Part shown: piece by piece, positions 1-20,751 of the stretch
Layout: each line of letters opens with the position of its first letter
How positions within the stretch are numbered: the first letter of the stretch is position 1
Source: the human T2T-CHM13v2.0 reference genome, Homo sapiens
Reading direction: 5' to 3' (one strand)
Assembly (NCBI RefSeq): GCF_009914755.1
Contig: NC_060935.1
Length of the DNA: 64,000 nt
The notes under the pieces: model-generated
Seen by the model: only the letters and a program-made list of their open reading frames with translations
Told to the model about the DNA's origin: nothing
The model's database searches: none
Translations under genes and position numbers: made by a program

Positions 1-1774
1 GGCACTGAAATCATTCCTGAGCTTAGGGCAAGGCAAGTTCCCATGGTTGATTTCTATTGCCTCCAAGCTTTCAGACAGGAGAGAGAAGACCAAAATTCCT
101 AAGGCACAGGTTGACCATCCCACCAGGGCCTGGAGAGTTTCTTTTCTGTGTTCCACACACTCTGCGCTCATGGATTGGATCCTGGGAAATTGATTTCATC
201 TCTTCCCCAGCTTCTTGTTGATAATGGTCTTTTCATCTGAGCATTGGGTGAGTGATTGCAGTGACCCAGTTTGTTGTAATAACATGTGCATAACTGTATT
301 GTGTGTTTTTACACTGCCTTAGGATATGGTAATGACTTTATTAGAACACAAGCGCTATTTTCTGAATTCTCTGCTGTGTGATTTGAGAATATTACCATCC
401 TGTGTATGGACTTGCCTCAAGTACTACAGTTAAAAAAAAAAAAAGCTTCCACTAAAATGTAATAACTCCAAAATGGAATGATGCTTTCTGAATCTGCTCC
501 TTTTTACTTCTGATCTTGATGACTTTTACTTATTAATGTGTACCTGTAAGAATTGCTCAGAGGCACTGAAGGTGTAAAATGTACAGAAAGCCGACTTTTA
601 CTGAATGCAATCTCTTTTGGTGGGTATCGGTCAAATGAATCCTCTTAACCTCATTTGGTCAGATTGAAAAGGCCTTCCTGTCTCCTATTCCGTATCTTAG
701 TGGTTTGATGGCTTTTGTGGATAAAAAACACAGACTGATATTATCTTAACACAATTTCAGGAGTCCCCAGCATATTGGCAAAGACAGTAATGATTTAAAA
801 CCCCTCAGCTGCTGTATGACTAGCAATACTTATTCTGGGCCCCTTCTTCTAAGGTATCCTTTCTCTTTTGGGCCAGGCTCAGACTAGTGATTTGACAGCT
901 GGCTTATTAGTTGCAGGATTTGAGTTGAAGGTTTAAATTGTTTATTGGTGACCTCTGGGTTCCAGTTACCTGCATCTTCACATCTTTCAACAGAGCAATT
1001 GTGACCCCACAGGCTCTCAATCAGTGGTGGTAGTTGTGGATCTTTCTTTCTTCCTTCCCCCTGTATCTCCCTCACAGTCTATGTGGTCTGGGTAAAAACA
1101 TACCATGAGAAACTTTGAGAGAAACAAAAAGCAAGCAAGTTTTTTAGTGTGTTAGGCAAATAGCACACCAAAGTGTGCAAATGGTTGAAAATGAGATTTG
1201 GGGTTCAAATTCCGAAGCCATGGAGTAGTTGTAATTCATCCCAGAATGTGTTTTTTACCTTCTGTGGCTTTAGTCCAGTGGTATATTCTGTCCTGGGGGC
1301 ATGAGGAGTGCTTCTGGACTTCTGGTTATTTTAGATATTTCTATCCCTCACTTGTCCTCCCTTCTATCTCCTGGTTTCTGAAGTTGAAGATTTTTTGGAT
1401 GGTCTGGTCCTTTGGGTCCTGCTGGGTGAAGTGTGGCAACTTGTGATATCAGGTGAGATTTGCCCAGAGGGAAGTGGAACTTTTCAGGGCAACTTGCTAT
1501 GGGCAGACCATGTGTCTTAGGAGTAGAGCCTGTGTCTAGGCACATGTCAATAAGGGAAGAGGGAGAGGTTACACTGGGGTGTTGGGAGCATGGTGGTCAG
1601 TTATATCAGAATTAGGGGAAGAAGGTTGGGAGTTATATTCTTATATAGTGAAAGTTGAAAGTGGAAATTATCATCTTGGGCTACTGTTCTTGCTGTAAAG
1701 AAGCCCATTGACATCTGGGCTGATCAAGACCAGAGCAGACCTCCAAATCTGTATCCCAAGGCTGTGTTATTCCT

Positions 1775-2130
1775 TTGCTCATTCACTTGTTCACTCATTT
1801 GTTTATCCATTCCATCCATTCTACTAATCCATTCATTCCAGGCTTTCACTTTGGCACTTTTGATACAGAGAAAAATGCCATAGTTTCCCCCTGGCCCCAC
1901 CCTTGTATTTAATGGGAGAGACAGAGGGCACAGATGGGTTGGTGATGACAGCATGGTGTGGTGTTGTGTTAAAGGAAAGCACAGTGCTGCATGGGGACAC
2001 AGAAGGGGGGCATTCCACACAACCTTGGAAGTGAGGCCTTACCTGAGTCTTAGAGGATGAGGAAGGATAGCCTGGTAAAGAAGGAAGAAAAGGGTCTTCT
2101 GGGCAGTGGGGCTGTATCCTATGGTGAGGT
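1775..2130 (-). mobile_element. L2 3' fragment (ancient LINE)
   Basis: (CATT)-like tail followed by degenerate L2 3' sequence in reverse orientation. Confidence 0.55.
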
Positions 2131-3364
2131 CAAAGATGCTTTTTCAAAACTTTTTTTTTCTCCATCTTCAGACTGACAGGAGGAGGCCTGGTGTTGGCTG
2201 GGATAGTGTTTCTTGCATGTTCACTGAACTCATCTGACAACTTAGAATCTTTTTTGCTCTGGGTGATTATTTAATTCTCTGGAAAATACCTGCAGCCCAC
2301 TGCTCAATTGATTTCAGGGAAGATGGAGATGTGTGTGCTATATGGATAGAGCCTTCTCTAGGAATTCTGGTTTTCTCTTTAAAGAACTCATAACAAACTT
2401 TATAATGAAATTGTTCTGGTTAAAAAGAATCCCTACTAGCTGATAAAAGCTTGAATAGTCTTTGGGATTTCCCTCTAAGATTTATTTTCGACTGAGAGAA
2501 CTGAGGTCGGAAGATGACAGTTTACAATGGTGGTTGAAAGGGAATTGTTAAAGAAATGTTCTAGCAAAATGGAGTCAAACTCACTAGCCTGGTGCTATTC
2601 TTTGAAGTGAAGACCCAGCTTTGATCCTTTCAGACTGCAAGGCTGTACCAACAGAGATTCACAACATCCAGTGTCTTATCATTTATCTTGCTCCCAAAGT
2701 AGACCATTCTTCCTTCTGCTTAGCCACATCTTGTATTTTCACTTCTGGCTTTCTCAACATGCCAGAGAGAGTAAGAGGTATTACTAACACCACAAACAAC
2801 AGATGCTCTTTCTGACAATTGGAAAAATTGCCAAAGGTAAAAGAAGCCTTTTCCAATATCACACTAAGGTATTGGAATGCTTTTTTCTTCCTTTTAATGA
2901 AACAAAAAAGAGAAAAAGAGGCCCTAGGGTTACACACTGCCAACTCTCAGCAAGCCCAGGATTTTAGCCATGAGAAAGCTATATTTCTTCTAAACTTGAA
3001 ACTTGTGTTTTCACGAGGGTTAGTATTAAACACTAAGTGACAAGAGGGGGCAGTTGGGTGACAAGTGCCCAACTGAGGCCTGCTCTGAAAGTTCAGAGGT
3101 TCTGATTTTCAGACAGAGATGATTACTTCCTCAGATATCTGACGTATGTTTAGCCATGAGGAAACGGTCCAGATCAGAGAAACCTTTCTAATGAGCTGGG
3201 GGTAGCTACGTCCTGGTGGTGGTTTGAACAAAGAATTAAATGAACAGATGAGGGAGCTTTAAGTACATACAGAAGATTGGACCTATGACCTTGATCTCAT
3301 GCACTTGAAGTTATTAAAAGGTTTATGGTGGGAATGGTAAAGTAGGGACATTAGCAGGAAGCAT

Positions 3365-3600
3365 ACTCATTGGTATCAAAAAGATTTGGATTTCAGATCT
3401 GTGTCTCCCACTTATGACCTGTTTGGTTTTAGACAAGATACTTAACCTCTCTGATTGTTCATTTTCTCTTATATAAAATGGAGATAATTAATTTCAAGAT
3501 GAATATTAAAGACTAATTAACTAATATGAAGATAAAAAGAAGGAATGTATGAAAGTGCCTAGTATGGTACCTGACATTCAACAGAGAACACTTGAAATAA
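3365..3600 (+). mobile_element. MIR SINE
   Basis: MIR core ACTTAACCTCTCTG...TATAAAATGGAGATAAT and 3' part ...AAAGTGCCTAGTATGGTACCTGAC. Confidence 0.65.
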
Positions 3601-4328
3601 TAGAAAAGATGAACCACAAGGCAAGACATGTGGGTAAGACAAGACCTGAAGCACAGGCGAGTGTCTTCACTTATGCCTAGGACAATGGAAAACCTTTGTA
3701 GGACCATACAGTTGAGCTCCCTCACTTCAAGGTCAATAACAATAAAATAAAAATAACAACAACAATAATGAACTTGGGTCATAGTAGGATCCTGATGCTG
3801 TTAAATGGTATGACCAGTGACCCAGTGACACAAATGCTGTCCTACATCCATTTCTCTTTTTCCCTGTTTAGGTCCTGAGCTTGAAGCCTAATAAGTACTG
3901 CCCTTCTTTCAGAACTTAGGGTCTGAAATCTTATTAGAAATATGTAGGAAGTAGAGAAGTAGAACTAGCTAGTTTGTTTGTAGAACAGTCCCTGGACTCA
4001 ACTCATCTACCCTGCAGAGAGCAGGCAAAGCCAGCTCTCTGGGCAGTGTATTCACCCACCAATGTGCATGCCAGAGAAGAAAGGTCACAGATCACAGAGT
4101 GATTCCTGCCCATTAGGAAGCCATGACCCAGTATACCCCCTACAGCAACTTCATCACTGGGAAACAGGGTAAGGGGAGGGGACTGAGAGTTTCTCCTCCC
4201 TATAGTAAGAATGGTAGCTAGCATTTACTGAATACCCATAGGCAGGCCTGTCTAGCTCCGAATCTCATGCTCTTAACTTCTCTGCTAGGAGGCACCAAAA
4301 AGGAAGGCAGTGCAACTTCTCAGATCTA

Positions 4329-4728
<400 letters not shown>

Positions 4729-5985
4729 TTATCATTTACGTTTACAGAGTGTCCTTACTCATACCACACTTAACCTTGAGTGTTCCTGTTCCTGCTCAAG
4801 CTTTTTACACTTTGTCCAGCTTGGTAGATAAGTTACTTTATTTTCATCTTGGAAATCCACACTGAGAAATTTGCATCAGTTATCCTCTTCTTTATTAAAA
4901 ATTGGCTTATATTGCAAGGTAAGCATTGTGTTCTCAGTGTACAGAATCAATTTCATTTACATGTTAATAGAGTTTGGTCTGGATGATGCGATAAGATCTT
5001 TTTTAAGCAAACACAGGCACCCTGTTAGAATGCACCAGGGAGTCTAGTAAAACAGAATAAATCTAGCTATTTCATTAGATGCTTCTAATTTTATACTCAT
5101 GATTCTAGAAAACTTTGCCATCCATGTCTTGTCTGAGGAGACATAGGACAAAAAACCTAGCTGGATCACAGTGAATATATCTCTTGTAATGGGACCTCTG
5201 ATTCTCTTCTGTGTACCTTCAGAAGAAGCCTGATGACTTGATGGAAGGGTTTTATAAACAGGAAAGCCTTACCCTAATATTACTATTATTTCATTGATAG
5301 TTCAGCTCTATTCAGGGAATGTTTATTAATTGTTTTTATGTGCCTGGCATATTCTGGATATTTTGGAGAGTTAAAAATAATCACAGGACTTAGTTGTTTC
5401 TCTCAAAGAGGTCATAATTTACTGGGGATATCAGGGATTAATGAAAGAAATAAGCCAGAAAATTTAAGTGGTAATTAAATGTAGAAAATTTTAAAAAATA
5501 TGTTTTGGAGAATAAACATATCAGGGATGCAGTTTTCAACCACAGTATCATTATACACTTGTGTCACACTAAATTGTGAGGTTTGTTGCGAGTAATTTTT
5601 TAGTAATAATAATTGAAGACCTGCAATTTGTGAATTATTTATTTTTCCTATGCATTACAATGAAGTCAGTGTAATTCCTAAAAGTATTACTTGTTTGCAT
5701 GCTGAAATGCCTTCTTTTTTTTTTTTTTTTTTTTTTTGGGTATTCATGCATTTATTTTTTTTTTATTTTTTATTTTTTTTGTTATACTCTAAGTTTTAGG
5801 GTACATGTGCACATTGTGCAGGTTAGTTACATATGTATACATGTGCCATGCTGGTGCGCTGCACCCACTAACGTGTCATCTAGCATTAGGTATATCTCCC
5901 AATGCTATCCCTCCCCCCTCCCCTGACCCCACCACAGTCCCCAGAGTGTGATATTCCCCTTCCTGTGTCCATGTGATCTCATTGT

Positions 5986-9837
<3,852 letters not shown>

Positions 9838-9876
9838 TCATTAGTTGATGCAGTTTCTTCCTAGTCTCGATGGTCT

Positions 9877-10893
9877 TTACATTTTGGCATGATTTTGCAG
9901 CGGCTGGTACCGGTTGTTCCTTTCCATGTTTAGCGCTTCCTTCAGGAGCTCTTTTAGGGCAGGCCTGGTGGTGACAAAATCTCTCAGCATTTGCTTGTCT
10001 ATAAAGTATTTTATTTCTCCTTCACTTATGAAGCTTAGTTTGGCTGGATATGAAATTCTGGGTTGAAAATTCTTTTCTTTAAGAATGTTGAATATTGGCC
10101 CCCACTCTCTTCTGGCTTGTAGGGTTTTTGCCGAGAGATCCGCTGTTAGTCTGATGGGCTTTCCTTTGAGGGTAACCCGACCTTTCTCTCTGGCTGCCCT
10201 TAACATTTTTTCCTTCATTTCAACTTTGGTGAATCTGACAATTATGTGTCTTGGAGTTGCTCTTCTCGAGGAGTATCTTTGTGGCGTTCTCTGTATTTCC
10301 TGAATCTGAACGTTGGCCTGCCTTGCTAGATTGGGGAAGTTCTCCTGGATAATATCCTGCAGAGTGTTTTCCAACTTGGTTCCATTCTCCACATCACTTT
10401 CAGGTACACCAATCAGACGTAGATTTGGTCTTTTCACATAGTCCCATATTTCTTGGAGGCTTTGCTCATTTCTTTTTATTCTTTTTTCTCTAAACTTCCC
10501 TTCTCGCTTCATTTCATTCATTTCATCTTCCATTGCTGATACCCTTTCTTCCAGTTGATTGCATCGGCTCCTGAGGCTTCTGCATTCTTCACGTAGTTCT
10601 CGAGCCTTGGTTTTCAGCTCCATCAGCTCCTTTAAGCACTTCTCTGTATTGGTTATTCTAGTTATACATTCTTCTAAATTTTTTTCAAAGTTTTCAACTT
10701 CTTTGCCTTTGGTTTGAATGTCCTCCCGTAGCTCAGAGTAATTTGATCGTCTGAAGCCTTCTTCTCTCAGCTCGTCAAAATCATTCTCCATCCAGCTTTG
10801 TTCTGTTGCTGGTGAGGAACTGCGTTCCTTTGGAGGAGGAGAGGCGCTCTGCGTTTTAGAGTTTCCAGTTTTTCTGTTCTGTTTTTTCCCCAT
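9877..10893 (-). CDS. ORF1: L1 ORF1p, trimeric RNA-binding nucleic-acid chaperone (338 aa)
   Basis: Full-length MGKKQNRK...NHAKM with coiled coil, RRM and CTD. REKG, RR261-262 and YPAKLS are intact. Confidence 0.98.
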   Translation of the reverse strand: MGKKQNRKTGNSKTQSASPPPKERSSSPATEQSWMENDFDELREEGFRRSNYSELREDIQTKGKEVENFEKNLEECITRITNTEKCLKELMELKTKARELREECRSLRSRCNQLEERVSAMEDEMNEMKREGKFREKRIKRNEQSLQEIWDYVKRPNLRLIGVPESDVENGTKLENTLQDIIQENFPNLARQANVQIQEIQRTPQRYSSRRATPRHIIVRFTKVEMKEKMLRAAREKGRVTLKGKPIRLTADLSAKTLQARREWGPIFNILKEKNFQPRISYPAKLSFISEGEIKYFIDKQMLRDFVTTRPALKELLKEALNMERNNRYQPLQNHAKM

Positions 10894-11794
10894 CTTTGTG
10901 GTTTTATCTACTTTTGGTCTTTGATGATGGTGATGTACAGATGGGTTTTCGGTGTAGATGTCCTTTCTGGTTGTTAGTTTTCCTTCTAACAGACAGGACC
11001 CTCAGATGCAGGTCTGTTGGAATACCCTGCTGTGTGAGGTGTCAGTGTGCCCCTGCTGGGGGGTGCCTCCCAGTTAGGCTGCTCGGGGGTCAGGGGTCAG
11101 GGACCCACTTGAGGAGGCAGTCTGCCCGTTCTCAGATCTCCAGCTGCGTGCTGGGAGAACCACTGCTCTCTTCAAAGCTGTCAGACAGGGACACTTAAGT
11201 CTGCAGAGGTTACTGCTGTCTTTTTGTTTGTCTGTGCCCTGCCCCCAGAGGTGGAGCCTACAGAGGCAGGCAGGCCTCCTTGAGCTGTGGTGGGCTCCAC
11301 CCAGTTCGAGCTTCCTGGCTGCTTTGTTTACCTAAGCAAGCCTGGGCAATGGCGGGCGCCCCTCCCCCAGCCTCGTTGCCGCCTTGCAGTTTGGTCTCAG
11401 ACTGCTGTGCTAGCAATCAGCGAGATTCCGTGGGCGTAGGACCCTCCGAGCCAGGTGTGGGATATAGTCTCGTGGTGCGCCGTTTCTTAAGCCGGTCTGA
11501 AAAGCGCAATATTCGGGTGGGAGTGACCCGATTTTCCAGGTGCGTCCGTCACCCCTTTCTTTGACTCGGAAAGGGAACTCCCTGACCCCTTGCGCTTCCC
11601 AGGTGAGGCAATGCCTCGCCCTGCTTCGGCTCGCGCATGGTGCGCACACACACTGGCCTGCGCCGTCTGGCACTCCCTAGTGAGATGAACCTGGTACCTC
11701 AGATGGAAATGCAGAAATCACCCGTCTTCTGCGTTGCTCACGCTGGGAGCTGTAGACCAGAGCTGTTCCTATTCGGCCATCTTGGCTCCTCCCT
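10894..11794 (-). promoter_or_regulatory. L1HS 5'UTR: CpG-rich internal sense promoter plus antisense promoter; YY1 site intact
   Basis: CpG-dense over about 11340-11780. YY1 motif CAAGATGGCCG at 11774-11784 (minus strand). SOX-type AAACAAA motifs near 11223-11229 and 11323-11329. Confidence 0.88.
11349..11564 (+). CDS. ORF0: L1 ORF0, primate antisense ORF in the 5'UTR (71 aa)
   Basis: ATG at 11349 gives MAGAPPPASLPPCSLVSDCCASNQRDSVGVGPSEPGVGYSLVVRRFLSRSEKRNIRVGVTRFSRCVRHPFL followed by a stop (216 nt), matching the known ORF0 peptide. Confidence 0.85.
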   Translation: MAGAPPPASLPPCSLVSDCCASNQRDSVGVGPSEPGVGYSLVVRRFLSRSEKRNIRVGVTRFSRCVRHPFL

Positions 11795-12410
11795 CTGAAA
11801 TGCCTTCTTGAAGGAGAGAAAATCAGATAGGTTGGATCTCCCAAGCAGTAATTAGAGTGGCTTCCTGTTTAGGAGCTTGGGCCCCAGAGTCAGATATCCT
11901 GAGCTTAAATTTGAGTGTCCTCACTTTAACCTAACATTTTCTGAGACTCCCAGGTTTGTTATGAAGATTCAAGGAGATAAACCTGTGCAGCCATGAATAC
12001 CTTGCTACATAGCAACCATCAGATGTTAGCCAGTGTCATGACTAATTACAAACAACACTGTATACATGGCTATTGTTTTAAGAGACCAGAAAAGGGAGCA
12101 AGCAATGTTATCCAGAGTTAAGAAGGAAAGCCTGAGAACAGGATCAGTGCAGAGAATGGTGCAAGTTTAGGAGTTCAGTTCCACTTTTGGCTGTGTATGC
12201 TCAGCTGCTTATTGTGCTAGCCCCCACACTGTGCCTGACTTCCTATTTTTCCCCACTATTGACAAGCCCACTTAGATTTTCTATTAGTTGTCCTTGGGAT
12301 TTAGCTTGATACATATGTGATTGGATTGTTTGGCTTTGGGAAGGTGTGTAATGGCTTCTCTTTTTCTCTCTACTTCGAAGGAGAAAAACTTGACTCTCAA
12401 TTCATGCTGC

Positions 12411-12938
12411 TATGCAGGACAGGTAAACCCTAAATTGGGGGCTTAACCCGAGTGTGTTCTTGGCTTCATCACGGAAAGAATTCAAAGGCAAGCTGGTGGT
12501 GGTAGACAGTAATCTGCTGAACAGTACTGCTTCTTGCAGAGCAGGACTAACTCATAGGCATATGTGCCCAGAGTAGGCAGCTCTTGGCAACTTTATTTAT
12601 ACTCAGGAACCCACTTTCAATTACATGTAAATTAAGGGGTGGGTCAATGGAAATTGATGGGTGGGCTATTTAGAATTTTCTAGGAAAGGAAAAGTAATTT
12701 CCTGGTTGTTGCCATGGAAAGGGGAGGTAACTTCTGGGTCATTGCCATGGCATTTGTAAAGTGTCATGGCGCTGGTGGGAGTATATTATGCTAATGAGCA
12801 ATGAGGGCAGCTAGGGATCACTTTCATTGTCATCTGCTGGTTCTTGCAGGTTTCTTTGCTTCATCTTGTCTGGACCAGGTGCTGTTTTAGTCAGCAGGGT
12901 TGTGACCAGGAAACAAGTCTTGCCAGTCTCCTTCCTCA
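12411..12938 (-). mobile_element. ERV1 solo LTR, MER66-like
   Basis: The minus strand starts TGAGGAAGGAGACTGGCAAGACTTGTTTCCTGGTCACAACCCTGCTGAC and contains repeated CCATGGCAAC...GAAGTTACC units. Flanks are CTGC/CTAC (near 4-bp TSD). Subfamily recalled from memory. Confidence 0.65.
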
Positions 12939-13289
12939 CTACTGTCTATCATTTCTGTTCCCACATCAATGCAGGTTGGTCCCACAAAGTCAGGACCCAA
13001 ACCCAAATGGGAACCTTTGTGTCATCCTCCAAACCTTTTATTTGTTTTTTTTTTGTTCTTGGTCAACCCAATTCCCATTTTCAACAGCAACTCTTTCAAA
13101 CCATCACCTCCCTTAAGTCTGGGACTTACACTCATTCTTCTTTTTTTAAATAAAATAATTTTATTTCAAATATTTTAAAAATACATAAAAAGTAGAAAGT
13201 AATAATGAACTTCCATAAACTTATATTTATATTCAATAATTTTAAAGATTTTGTCATCTTTGCTCTATTTCTTTTTTCTATAATGAATT

Positions 13290-13609
13290 ATTATTATTTT
13301 ATTTTATTTATTTATTTATTTATTTTTTTGAGACAGACTCTCGCTTTGTCACCCAGGCTAGAGTGCAGTGACATGATTTCGGCTCCCTGCAAGCTCCGCC
13401 TCCTGGGTTCATGCCATTCTCCTGCCTCAGCCTCCCCAGCAGCGGGGACTACAGGCACCCACCACCATGCCCGGCTAATTTTTGTGTTTTTAGTAGAGAT
13501 GGGGTTTCACCATGTTAGCCAGGATGGTCTCGATCTCCTGACCTTGTGATCCACCCACCTTGGCCTCCCAAAGTGCTGGGATTATAGGCATGAACCACCG
13601 CAGCCAGCC
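13290..13609 (-). mobile_element. AluY-like SINE
   Basis: (TTTA)n tail, GCAAGCTCCGCC and GCCATTCTCC diagnostics, TAATGAATTATT duplicated on both sides. Confidence 0.9.
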
Positions 13610-14520
13610 CTCTTTAATGAATTATTTTAAAACAAATCCCAGATAGTTCATTTCACACCTATATACTTAAAAAAGCATGTCTAAAAATTATGTACATTTT
13701 CTTACATAACCACAATGCTGCTGTTACACTTTACAAAATAAAAAATAGTCTTTTCTATTACCAACTACCCGGTCAATTATCAAAATTATGTTTATAGTTT
13801 GTTTTAATTAGAACCCACACAAGTCTCACAAATTATGTTGAGTTGTAAATGAAATTTCCTTTAAGCTAGATTAGTCTCCCTCCCTCCTTTTTAATCATGC
13901 CATTGACTTATGGAAGAGAAGACAACCATTCTTAGGAATGTTCCACATTATGAATTTATCTGTAAATACATATGATTTAACTTTGATGTTGAGTTTGCAT
14001 ATAAGAGAAGGAAATGGTTCTTCATTTATTTAAGTATACTTCCTTTGTCTTCAGTAGTGTTTTAAAATTTCCTTATGTAAGCTTTGCACATTTCTTGCTA
14101 AGAGTATGCTTAGGTGGTTTACATTTTTAGATGGGAGACTTCTCTCCATATATTTGTTTCTCATAATATTTTCATATTTACTTATATGAAGGCTCTTGAT
14201 TTCCATATGTTAATTTTGTATCCTGTTAATTTACCACATTTGCTGATTTTTTACAGTAGTTTTTATTGATTTTCTTGAGTTTTAATAACATACAAACATT
14301 ACTTAAAATTAGATCTGATTTTACCTCCCAATTGCTTTATCTTGTCTAATTCCATTGGCTAATTTTTTCAGTATCATGTTAAATAGTAGCGGTAATAGTA
14401 GACAACTTTGCATTGTTTCTTACAGCAATGGAAATACTTTAGTGTTTCCCCATTAAGTAAAATGCACACTTAATTGATTTTTATTTTAGTGATGAGTGTG
14501 TACGTATTTGTGTATGATCA
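13610..14520 (-). mobile_element. Ancient L1M (L1MC/ME-like) fragment; host of the L1PA4/5 insertion
   Basis: Degenerate antisense L1 3'UTR/ORF2 sequence that resumes after 21750. Confidence 0.55.
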
Positions 14521-14767
14521 AAAATGTTGAATTTTTTTCCTTTTAATAATAATACCAATTTTTTAAAAAATTATACTTTAAGTTCTAGGGTACATGTGTA
14601 CAATGTGCAGGTTTGTTACATATGTATACATGTGCCATGTTGGTGTGCTGCACCCATTAACTCATCATTTACATTAGGTATTTATCTTAATGCTATCCCT
14701 CCCCCCTCCCCCCACCCCATGATAGGCCCCGGTGTGTGATGTTCCCTGCCCTGTGTGCAAGTGTTCT

Positions 14768-19671
<4,904 letters not shown>

Positions 19672-19734
19672 TATGATGTTAGCTGGTGATTTTGCTCGTT
19701 AGTTGATGCAGTTTCTTCCTAGCCTCGATGGTCT

Positions 19735-20751
19735 TTACATTTGGCATGTTTTTGTAGTGGCTGGTACTGGTTGTTCCTTTCCATGTTTAGTGCTTCCTTC
19801 AGGAGCTCTTGGAAGGCAGGCCTGGTGGTGACAAAATCTCTCAGCATTTGCTTGTCTTTAAAGGATTTTATTTCTTCTTCACTTATGAAGCTTAGTTTGG
19901 CTGGGTATGAAATTCTGGGTTGAAAATTCTTTTCTTTAAGGTGAATGTTGGTCCCCACTCTCTTCTGGCCTGTAGAGTTTCTGCTGAGCGATCTGCTATT
20001 AGTCTGATGGGTTTCCCTTTGTGGGTAACCCGACCTTTCTCTCTGGCTTCCCTTAACATTTTTTCCTTCATTTCAACCTTGGTGAATCTGACAATTATGT
20101 GTCTTGGGGTTGCTCTTCTCAGGAGTAACATTGTGGTGTTCTCTGTATTTCCTGAATTTGAATGTTGGCCTGTCTTGCTAGGTTGGGGAAATTCTCCTGG
20201 ATTATATCCTGAAGAGTGTTTTGCAACTTGGTTCCATTCTCTCTGTCACTTTCAGGTACACCAATCAGACATAGATTTGGTCTTTTCACATAGTCCCATA
20301 TTTCTTGGAGGTTTTGTTCATTTCTTTTTACTCTTTTCTCTAAACTTCTTTTCTCGCTTCATTTCATTTATTTGACCTTCAATCACTGATACCCTTTCTT
20401 CCACTTGATCGAATCAGCTACTGAAGCTTGTGCGTGTGTCACGTAGTTCTCGTGCCATGGTTTTCAGCTCCATCAGGTCATTTAAGGTCTTCTCTACACT
20501 GTTTATTCTAGTTAGCCATTTGTCTAGTCTTTTTCAAGGTTTTTAGCTTCCTTGTGATGGGATCGAAGATCCTCCTTTAGCTCAGAGAAGTTTGTTATTA
20601 CTGACCTTCTGAAGCCTACTTCTGTCAACTCATCAAAGTCGTTCTCCATCCAGCTTTGTTCCATTGCTGGTGAGGAGCTGTGATCCTTTGGAGGAGAAGA
20701 GGAGCTCTGGTTTTTAGAATTTTCAGCTTTTCTGCTCTGGTTTCTCCCCAT
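19735..20751 (-). pseudogene. Disrupted ORF1 of the L1PA4/5
   Basis: Fragments 20524-20751, 19892-20131 and 19719-19958 match ORF1p in different frames. Confidence 0.88.

Noticed and set aside
880-1500. Possible old LTR (MaLR/ERVL) fragments
   Set aside because: Too degenerate to assign a family or boundaries by eye.
5860-5885. Calling the element L1HS-Ta or a named hot L1 locus
   Set aside because: The diagnostic triplet is ACG (pre-Ta), not ACA, and I cannot identify the chromosomal locus from sequence alone.
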